Source: Octopus sinensis (lineage: Eukaryota). From it: DNA of 64,000 nucleotides. The position numbers were made by a program, and so were the translations under genes. The DNA is taken from positions 9,858,001 to 9,922,000 of the forward strand of contig NC_043022.1 in assembly GCF_006345805.1 (NCBI RefSeq), read 5' to 3'. Under the pieces are notes generated by a model, which worked only from the letters and a program-made list of their open reading frames with translations, did not search any database and was not told the origin of the DNA. This document shows, in pieces, positions 53,668 through 64,000 of this stretch (positions are counted from its first letter, which is position 1; each line of letters begins with the position of its first letter).

Positions 53668-54601
53668 CATATGTAATATTTATGAGAGGTGTAGGTGTGG
53701 ATGAGTGGTAAGAAGCTTGCTTCCCAACAACATGGTTCTGGGTTCAGTCCCACTGCATAGCACCTTGCGCAAGTGTCTTCTGCTATAGCCTCAGGCTAAT
53801 AATAATAATAATCCTTTCTACTATAGGCACAAGGTCAATCCTCAACCACAGTGACCCCCCACTCCACTGAATTTGACTTGTATTATTATTTTACTGTCTC
53901 CAAAAGGATGAAAAGCAAAGTTGATGTTGGCAAGATTTGAACTCGGAGCATAGAGAATCAGAAGATTCTACCAATCCAACACCGTATTTAATAAAAAATA
54001 TGAAAATAATGACCATAACTTTTCTTTATTATTTGATCAATGTAATGTCTATACTTACTCCCTTTTCACCTACGAGAGTCAGTGATCTCATTGCTGCTGT
54101 TGTTGGTGATGGTGATAGTGGTGGTGATGTTGATGGTTGTTGTCGTGGTGATGATAGCAGTGTATGGTATTGCTCGCTAACTTGCTGTTATGTAGAACGT
54201 GTTTGTACCTGTACAGGTGTGAACGTGGTGTAGACACGGAAACCAGGGAACAGGTAATGGTACCTTGCACACATTCAGAGAATGTGACAAATAATATAAT
54301 GACAAAAGTACTCGACATCAGTCAAGCACCAACGGACGACAAACAATGATCAACAAAGACATAGATGAAATAATGATAATGAGAAGATGGGGGAAGAGGC
54401 GGAAGATGGAGGTGACAGCAGAGCTGGAATGGATATATCAGACAGAGCATCATTATATCTATGAACACATGCACACACACAGATATACCTATGTACATTC
54501 ATACATATATATATGTGTGTGTGTGTGTATATATAATATATGTATATTATTTATATCATCATCATCATCATCGTCGTTTAACGTCCGTTCTCCATGCTAG
54601 C

Positions 54602-54644
<43 letters not shown>

Positions 54645-54833
54645 GTATATACACATATGTAATAATTATGTTAGGCATAGGCGTGGATGTGTGGTAAGAA
54701 GCTTGCTTCCCAACGACATGGTTCTGGGTTCAGTCCCACTGCATAGCACCTTGGGCAAGTGTCTTCTACTATAGCCTCAGGCTGATCAAAGCCTTCTGAG
54801 TGGATTTAGTAGATGGAAACTGAAAGAATCCTG

Positions 54834-54874
<41 letters not shown>

Positions 54875-56435
54875 TGTGCATGAGTTTGTCTCCCCACCGT
54901 CGCTTAACAACCGATGTTGGTGTGTTTATGTCTAAGCCTACAAAGAATAAGTCCTGGGGTCAATTTGTTTGACTAAAGGTGGTGCTCCAACATGGCCACA
55001 GTCAAATGACTGAAACAAGTAAAAGAATAATGGGTGTATATCAATTAGTGCATTAATGTGTTGACCAAAGCACTGGCAGGGTTTGGGCTACCTTGTGTCA
55101 TCCGCAGTTGGGGGGGGGGTATATTTCCGTTGGATTTACTTCAGGAATTCCGCAGTGTTGGTTGAGATAATAATAACTGAGTAACCTGAAAATGGATTTG
55201 GTATTAGTCTTTATTTTGTACGACCCTAGTTTCAATCCATCCTGCTGCTGTAGGGGTTCTCTAACTTGATGAACAAATAACACGACCACTCCAACTGAAG
55301 ATCTTTAGCAAGACAGCACTTTATGGATGGATGTACTTGATGGGACCCAAACTGCAAAATGGATGCAACACAACATGATGCATAGAGTCCCACCCATAAG
55401 GGACAATAACAGGATGGGTCAAAACAATCGTTGTACCAAACAAAGACTAATACTAAATCAATCTTCTGGTTACTTAATCAATTATTATTATTATTCAATC
55501 ATTACCATGCTGGGTGAAATGCTTAACGGTATTTCACCTGTTGGCGAGCTGGCAGAGACATTAGCAAGCCGGGCGAAATGCGTAGACGTATTTCGTATGC
55601 CGCTATGTTCTGAGTTCAAATTCTGCCGAGGTCAACTTTGCCTTTCATCTTTTCGGGGTCGATCAAATAAGTACCAGTTACGCACTAGGGTCGATGTAAT
55701 CGACTTAATCCGTTTGTCTGTCCTTGTTTGCCCCCTCAGTGTGTAGCCCCTTGTGGGCAGTAAAGAAATAGGTATTTCACCTGTCGTTATGTTCTGAGTT
55801 CAAATTTGCCTTTCATCCTTTTGGGGTTGATAAATTAAGTAACAGTGAAATACTGGGGTCGATGTAATCAGCTAGTCCCTTCCCCACAAATCTGAGGCCA
55901 TGTGCCTCCAGTAGAAAGGATTATTATTATTATTTTATATATATATATGTATGTATGTGTGTGTGTAGATATTATTCTTTTATTTGTTTCAGTCATTTGA
56001 CTGTGGCCATGCAGGAGCACCACCACGAAAGGCTTTTTAGTTGAACAAATTGACCCCCAAGACTTATTTTTTTAAGCTTAGTATTTACTCTATCGGTCTC
56101 TTTTGCCAAACTGTTATGTTACGGGAATGTAAAATCACCAACACCGGTTGTCAAGTGGTGATGGGGAAACAAACACAGACACAAAGACACACATACATAT
56201 ATGACAGGCTTCTTTCAATTTCCATCTACCAAATCTATTCACAAGGTTGTGGTTGGCCAAAAGCTATAGAAGACAATTGCCCAAGGTGGTATGCAGTGGG
56301 ACTGAACCTCTAACGATGTGACTGAGAAGCAAGCTTGTAACCACACAGCCACACCTGCACCTATATGAATACATACATACATGCAAGCATATATATATAT
56401 AAAATCAAAATAAGCAACAAAGATATCCATAGGTA

Positions 56436-56524
56436 ATGCAGTACAATTGTTTCATGCAACTCCATTTAATTGAACAATGCAATCATTACATCAATTTAAA
56501 ATGCAGAGCAATCCTCAGCTGCAC
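56436..56524 (-). ncRNA. Type I hammerhead motif with intact core, extended stem II, GUA site
   Basis: RC reads GTGCAG CTGAGGA TTGC...(AATTGA/TCAATT helix)...GCAT GAAAC AATT GTA CTGCAT. Confidence 0.7.
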
Positions 56525-56829
56525 AAAGACAGAATTTATTTAAATTAGAATCTGCTTTTTCATGATGTCCCTGTACAAGCCTTCCATGTCTTAACACTTT
56601 TTTGTTTTATATATTTTTTCCTTCTTTAATTGTGTGATTGCATGTATATGCGTATGAGAATATGTATTTATAATTATATGTTAGTGTATATGTGTGCATG
56701 AATGTATGAGTGTAAGACTGTATCCGGTGCATAAGGGCAACTGTCATGCACATGTCTCCTTCCTTTATACGTATATGTATGTACATACACTTGTATATCT
56801 GCGGTTGTAGGTGTGTTGATTGATAGGAG

Positions 56830-56864
<35 letters not shown>

Positions 56865-57034
56865 CTCCATACATATATGTATATTCATGTATGCGGCGAG
56901 TGTGAATATATGCCTGTATGAGTATACATATACATGTATGAGTATATTTATTTCCATAAATGTCTAATATAAGTGTAGGTATATATCTATGTGAGGATGA
57001 AGTTGCGTATACATATATATTTATGTGTGTGTGT

Positions 57035-57534
57035 ATCATCATCATCATCATCATCGTTTAACGTCCGTTCTCCATGCTAGCATGGGTTGGACGGTTCGAC
57101 CGGGGATCTGGGAAGCCAGAAGGCTGCACCAGGCTCCAGTCTGATCTGGCAGTGTTTCTACAGCTGGATGCCCTTCCTAACGCCAACCACTCCGTGAGTG
57201 TAGTGGGTGCTTTTTACGTGCCACCTGCACAGGTGCCAGGCGAGGCTGGCAACGGCCACGGTCGGATTGGTGTATTTTATGTGCCACCGGCACGGAAGCC
57301 AGACGAGGCGGTGCTGGCATCGGCCACGAGTCGGATGGTGCTTTTTACGTATATTTATACATATATATGCCAGCCTCCCCTGGCACCTGTGCCGGTGGCA
57401 CGTAAAAAGCACCCACTACACTCACGGAGTGGTTGGTGTTAGGAAGGGCATCCAGCTGTAGAAACACTGCCAGATCAGACTGGGCCTGCTGCAGCCTCCT
57501 GGCTTCCCAGTCGTTAAATGATGATGATGATGAT
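57035..57534. mobile_element. Head-to-head inverted pair of RTE 3' ends
   Basis: About 57108-57251 is the reverse complement of about 57368-57509; (ATC)n and (GAT)n tails face outward. Confidence 0.88.
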
Positions 57535-60498
57535 ATATGCATATGCGTGTGTGTAGAGAGAGATATGTGTATGGGCACGTATATATATATGTGCCCATAC
57601 ACACTGAAAATCTTCTGCGTTCATAAAATCTACAGCTGGATGCCCTTCCTAACGCCAACCACACTGAGAGTGTAGTGGGCGCTTTTACGTGCCACTGACA
57701 TCGACCACACTCGAATGGTGCTTTTAACATTCCACTGGCACAGGTGCCAATCAGGCAGTACTGTCATCGGCCACAACTGTGATTTCACTCACCTGTTACC
57801 TAACTCATGGTTATCTCTGCAGATATTTTATAGAAATTATAACCAGCACCGATTTTTGTTACTACGTTTCATATCTGAGACGTCAAATGCAAAACAATGA
57901 AATCAAAAATGAAAAATGGTTAATATACTTTATAGAATATTATGGTTGCATAATGAATACCACATACCTACAAGTCATTAATATATTATCATTTAGCGTC
58001 TGCTTTCCATACTAGCACGGGTTAGACAGTTTGATTGGAACTGGTAAGCTAGACAGTTGTACCAGGTTCTAGTCTGATCTTATGACATATATGTATAAAT
58101 ACACAATGCATACATTATGTATACATATATAGAAAACCCTTGACTATTGTGGATGTTATGTTACGAAACCCACCGCAATAGGTGAAGTAGAAACAGCACT
58201 ACCTCACTCTCTTTTACTTTTATTTGTTTCAGTCATTTGACTGTGGCCATGCTGGAGCACTGCCTTTAGTCGAGGAAATCGAGCCCCAGGACTTATTCTT
58301 TGTAAGCCTAGTACTTATTCTATCGGTCTCTTTTGCCGAACCGCTAAGTTACGGCGACGTAAACACACCAGCATCGGTTGTCAAGCGATGGTGGGGGGGA
58401 CAAACACAGACACACACACATATATATACAACAGGCTTCTTTCAGTTTCCGTCTACCAAATCCACTCACAAGGCTTTGGTCGGCCCAAGGCTATAGTAGA
58501 AGACACTTGCCCAAGGTGCCACGCAGTGGGACTGAACCTAGAACCATAGGTTGGTAAGCAAGCTACTTACCACACAGCCACTCCTATATTTTTTTATTAT
58601 TTCTATCATTTGTATATATTTATTTCATTGTAAATGCAAAACAACACCATGGAAGAATCGGTGTAAGCTTAAATAATAAACCACGACATGGCCAGGGATT
58701 ATTGTATCATATGTTCCTCCACTGGAGGTTTATAAAGTTTGTGCTCATGGAAACAACACAGGCTTGATGAGAAGTGTTATATGAGAACCATAATTGTCTA
58801 GAAGCTTAGAGAGAAGTGGAAAGCAATATTGTCTGCACAAAGGGTTTTGGTTAACAACACCCCACATGTAGACTCCTTTGTAAACATATGAAGTAACATT
58901 GTATCTATTGAAAAGGATTTAAGTTTGCTCTTTATAGCTAGATGCAAGCATGAGCATGTGGGTAAAAAGTGTGTTCCAAACAGATGGTTTCAGGTACAGT
59001 TCAAATGAGTAGTACCTTAAATGTTCTACTATAGCCCTGGCCCAATGAAAGTCTTGCGAATGGATTTGATTGATGGAACCTGAAAAATGCCCATTATATG
59101 TAAGTGTGTGCATTGAAGCCTTGTGATTGAATTTGGTAAACAGAAGTTTGCATCATGTGTGTATATGCAAGTGCTTGTGCCTCCTTCTAACAGAGAGGAG
59201 GGAAGCAGCAGCAGCATCCAGTGTCAATGACTTCCAAATTTCTGTGAAAACATGTTCAACTATGAGGAAAAAGTTAGGGTGGCAGGAACAGCATCCAGCA
59301 CAATTGTATGGTTTTACCAAATATCTGGAACTGATGATTCTGAGGTTGTTAATGTATGAAAGGAAAAATGTGTGTAACAGAACCAAAAAGCCTTGGGGTA
59401 CACCAGAGATGAGCCCCATCAGTGAATAATGCAGTGGCATAATCTGACAAGACTCCAGCCAAGACTGGCTGTATTATCAGATTTTTGCATCGTTTATGAT
59501 CAACTAGCAGAACCAATGGAAATTCCATGGTTTGAAAATTGTATATTTTTCTGAAACATTTGATTCTTGAGAAGCAGTAATAATTCAGATAGATAGCACC
59601 TTCTATACTGCCTATACTGTCTAATACATTTCTGGTGCAGTGTGTATCTTCTACTCAAACAATGTAGATAAACATTTTAACCAAACAACCAAGAAAAAAA
59701 AAACTGTAGTGCCCCAGTATGACCTCAGCCTTTAGGCTGCTACACATTAAAAGGTAAAAGTAACATTCACAACTATTTGCTAAGGTTATTTCACCTTTAT
59801 TTAACTATAACAATATATCTAGCCATCCATCTCTCTTCTATTCATCACTGAATTTATCTATCCACACAGATTGAAGATATAGAGACAGTTAAATATCTAA
59901 ACCTGTAATAATAAACTTATTTTCATTTCTTAACAAGATTCTAGTATACATTTAAAATCATGTAGCTGCTTTCACTCCTGCATTCTTTTCAGTCAACATT
60001 CTCTCTTTGCCTCTTGCTTCAACCATACCACATACCCCTTAAAATGTTTAACTCTCTCTACCACTTCCTTCAACTAACCAACCACACTACATGGTAGCAA
60101 TACCGTTCTCTTGCCTCTCAGCACTAACACTCTTCTCTCATGCATTTGGCCAAAGCATATTAATATAGAGATGTTTTTGATACCAATCTGCCGAGCCCAC
60201 CCTTATTTCTATGACACAAATTTCCTGTTTTTAAAGTGATTTAAATTAAGACCTTCCATCAACATTTCGTTAATTTATGTTTCAAACACAGCTTAACAAT
60301 GACAAGGTTATTTTACTAAATTCTCCATTAATTTCAAAATTAATTGAAAGCAATGAAGTGTATTTCTACAGAAATAAGGTAACAAATTGGTTAAGTTGAG
60401 ACTAGGAACAACAACTTGTGACTGATATAGTAAATAATAAAACAAACAGCAATGCAAACAAGTAAACAACACAAGGGAAAAAAAAGGGTGTTATCTTC

Positions 60499-60504
60499 TT
60501 TATT
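60499..60504 (-). promoter_or_regulatory. Candidate polyadenylation signal of COX6A
   Basis: AATAAA on the minus strand about 106 nt after the stop codon. Confidence 0.5.
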
Positions 60505-60610
60505 GTGCACGTAACTGCTAGGTCACATTGTGACCGGCAGAGAACTGAACTACAAAGTAGAACTGATAACTTAAAAAGATTACAGCAACGACATTAATAT
60601 CCACATGAAA

Positions 60611-60691
60611 CTAATCTTCATAGCCCTCTGGTAAGGCATTCACTGCTTTGTTATGGAAAAGTCCATGGTTACCATCACCCCAAGGGAACGG
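60611..60691 (-). CDS. COX6A: Cytochrome c oxidase subunit 6A, last exon
   Basis: TCTCTCTTGCAG| then '[26 protein letters not shown]', the COX6A signature. Confidence 0.96.
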   Translation of the reverse strand, partial: PFPWGDGNHGLFHNKAVNALPEGYED

Positions 60692-63031
60692 CTGCAAGAG
60701 AGACAAATAGTAGACATAAGAAACGAAAATGACTTTAATCAGCTGTTGTCTAGAGCAGAATGTCAACAAACAGCTTTCTATTAATTTACAGATGAACAAA
60801 TTGCAACACAGTAAAATATAAAGATACATACACACAGGTAGACAGATAACTAAATTGACAAATAGATAAAAAAAAAAAAGTGGGCCCCACTTAGTGCAGT
60901 GAGCTGAGAATTTTAATCAAAAATCACAACGGTAGTCAGAAGAAAATGCTAATTTTAGTATTAAAACCCTCTATCATTCAGATTACTGTCAAATTTAATA
61001 TTTATTCACATTGTTTCAAATCAATCATGCATTATCTTGTAGCTGTGAGATTTTGATGAGACATTATTTTTTAGAATGACATTGTAGGGTATGTGTAAGA
61101 GACCAGATCTTGATTGTTTGAGCATAAGATGGGTAGAATATTTGGGCTGAATTTGGCCAGTTTAAAAGCTAAAGCATTAAAAACAAAAAGCATGAGAGAA
61201 AAAGAGAAATAGGGGAGACAACTCATGAAATTGTTATTTTGAAAACAGAATGTAGTTGGGAGGGAGTCTGATCTTTGGAAATATAAAGTGGTAGGAACAA
61301 CTAGACAGGTTTCATGCTTCACTGCTATTTGATCTCATCAGCTAAAAATATGAATAGTACAACCATAAGCGTTGGCTGTGGCTACCAGAGTTATTATCAG
61401 CTAAACAGTGTAAATTCTGTAACATCTCAGATGCCTGAAGACGTTACAGGAATTTAGTAAATGAACACCGACTGGTGTGATAACTTAAAAGTATGTTAGG
61501 GAGAGGAGAGAATGTCCGAAGATGTGGTCATTTTAAGAGCTGACAACAACAGGTGGACTTGGCTTTAGTTATGAGGGAGAACTAAAGGGACAGAAATAAA
61601 CCAAGAGTTTTCACCACACAGCCAGAAAGAACTCAGATCCACACATCACCTGCATTCTGTATTTACACACAATGTAAAAACTATGCATGTATATGTGTGT
61701 GCCTGAGTGTATGTCTATATTTTAAATCAAAGACTGGAATTCATATTATCTGTAATTCCTTAGTCTTTGACGTAATGTGATCATATTCTACGGCCAATCT
61801 ATTTGACCAGGGATCTCCACATGTATGGATAGTTTTCTTCTTCAAGATAAACCATCTACAGATAGACATCTAATAGGTGGCCTTCACAGAAGTGCTTACT
61901 GAGGATACAGCTCGGATTTTAATCCTCTTTAATTGCTACACACACACACACATATATACTGGAGGTGTGGTTGGTGTTAGAAAGGGCATCCAACCATAAA
62001 AGCCATGCCAAAACAGACAGTGAAGCTACATGAAGTCTTCTGCTTAGCCAAACTGTTTAACCCATGCCAGCATGGAAAATGGACATTAAATGATGACTTA
62101 GCCATTACTCACAAGCACATGTAATGTTCTTTGTAAATCATTTTAGGTGCTTCTTTTGGCTTCCCCATCCTCAATCCAGTGGAACCACCGAGGATGTGAC
62201 AACCAGACTACTAAAGAGAGGGCAGTACCAGCAGTCAGCTGGTAGAAATATTTTCAGATCAAGAACATAGCACACTGTCTGACTCAGGAATCAAACCTGC
62301 AGCATTATAATCACAAGCTAAACACACTAACCATCAGGCCATGCCTTCACACACACACGACAGGGAGAAGTATAGAAACACCTTCAGCATGAAAAACAAT
62401 TAGCAAAGTTGTCACTGACAGACTGATGTGGAACAATTGTTCTTCATTTAAAACTACAAGGATTGACTGAAAAGTTTACCTGGGAAGAAACAATGCAGTT
62501 ATTAATAAGATCTGAAATGAATGCACACAAAATTTCACAGCTCTAGCTTCACTCTTTCTTTGTCAGCTTATGAACTTTTCAGCTCACCTTCATGCACCAA
62601 CAGTAGTAGTAGCAGCAGCAGCAGCAGTAGCAGTAGTAGTAGTAAGGTATGTCATAAAGTCGTCCATTTCAATAAGCCCTACTTGGAGCAGGTGAGAAGT
62701 GGGGTTTCCACTGCATGGATTGTCTCTATCTCTGGCTAAAAGTGATGAACCAAACACTCATATTAGGTTAGGAAACATTCAAAGAAGCCAGCTGCATCTG
62801 CCTCAATGTGAGATTTTCCCCCCATGATGTGATCAGCCTGATGCTCTTTTGATCATAAGTCCATACAGTAATCCACTTCAGTGTGTTAGCCCCACATGGT
62901 AGGGTACATCACATAGCTATCTACTTCAATGTGTTAGCCTTAAGGCCTGGTAGAGCACTTCATATAGTCACACATCCGAAAGCATTTAACAACTTACATA
63001 AACGACATATTTCAAAGTGAAAACATTTTAC

Positions 63032-63177
63032 CTTAGAGCGAATGTAAAGATGTGAATAGGGTTTAAATTCAGTCCTTTCGTGATCATGTTCTGCAAAAAC
63101 ATAGGCATTTGCCCAACAGAGGGCTACACCAGGAAGGGCAACAAAGAATGTTAGATTCCGCCAAAGTTTGACTCCCT
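63032..63177 (-). CDS. COX6A: Cytochrome c oxidase subunit 6A, exon 2 (transmembrane helix); exon 1 not found, probably beyond the window
   Basis: TTTTGCAG| ... AAG|GTAAAA. Translates 'GVKLWRNLTFFVALPGVALCWANAYVFAEHDHERTEFKPYSHLYIRSK', in phase with the last exon. Not in the ORF track. Confidence 0.96.
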
Positions 63178-63744
63178 CTGCAAAACATGAAATGAAGAAA
63201 GCAAAGGTGAAATCTTTAAATAAATAGAAGAAAATTAATCAAGATAAATTTGTTGTTTATGTAAAACTTGGTGATACCATCATCATTTAAATGTCTATTT
63301 TTCCATGCTGGCATGGGTTGGACGGTTTGACAGGAACTGGTAAGGCTAGGAACAACACCAGGTTCCATAGTTTGGTCTGGTATGATTTCTACAGCTGGAT
63401 GACCCCCACTCCTCCCCGCTGTAACACCAACCACTTTACAGCATGTACTGGGTGCTTTCCACATGAAGGTATGTTGGGACATGCCCTTGCGGGACATTGG
63501 GGGTGGTGAGGTTGGGGAGGTGATAGAGAGGCTTGGACTGGGTGAGTGGGTAGGAAGGAGGTAACTGTAGCAAAAGATAGAGAGAAAAGTAAGAGGGGCT
63601 CAGAAGAAAGGGCTGTAGTAGTTATGTGAAGGCATTGAGGGTATAAGCAGGTAAGAGAAGGAGAGAGAAGGCACAGAAAGGAGGTAATTGGTGGAGACAG
63701 GAGGTGGGGGGGGGATAGAAAATAGAAGTGGTCTGGGGTGAGGA

Positions 63745-64000
63745 GAAAAAAGGTAAGTGAGAAAGCCGGAGTGGGGAGAAAAAAAGTGAGAAAGCCAGGG
63801 TGGGGAGAGAAAAAAGTGAGAAAGCCGGGGCGGGGAGAAAAAAGTGAGAAAGCTGGGGCGGGGAGAAAAAAGTGAGAAAGCCAGGGTGGGGAGAGAAAAA
63901 AGTGAGAAAGCCGGAGTGGGGAGAAAAAAGTGAGAAAGCTGGGGCGGGGAGAAAAAGTGAGAAAGCCAGAGTGGGGAGAAAAAACGTGAGAAAGCCGGGG
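63745..64000. repeat. Purine-rich minisatellite, unit ~27-30 bp (AAAAAGTGAGAAAGCCGGGGCGGGGAG)
   Basis: About 9 units, runs off the window end, upstream of COX6A exon 2 (probable intron 1). Confidence 0.92.

Noticed and set aside
63745-64000. Regular ~28 bp repeats resembling a CRISPR array
   Set aside because: No unique spacers, eukaryotic context; it is a minisatellite

Overview
AT-rich, repeat-dense eukaryotic genomic DNA. It is most likely a cephalopod (Octopus-like); that is an inference from the SINE/LINE complement and the very high microsatellite density. Two intron-containing host genes are supported. (1) A plus-strand gene with four phase-compatible exons (36707-36826, 38059-39076, 39970-40092, 41392-41576) encodes an uncharacterised long coiled-coil protein ending in a Death domain. 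(2) Exons 2 and 3 of cytochrome c oxidase subunit 6A lie on the minus strand (63032-63177, 60611-60691). The rest is decayed LINEs (L1/Tx1, RTE, CR1, R4/Dong), DNA transposons (pogo, mariner, hAT, MITEs), Helitron-type elements, at least three tRNA-derived SINE families, tandem duplications and microsatellites. Almost all ORF-track entries are microsatellite translations. The most striking unannotated signal is a set of eight type I hammerhead-ribozyme-shaped motifs with different flanking and stem sequences. Each sits just upstream of a (TA)n-type tract, and two sit inside long inverted repeats. One carries the compensatory G3:C8 core swap. I interpret them as Penelope-like or retrozyme-type termini. 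All calls were made by eye; no searches or folding programs were run.
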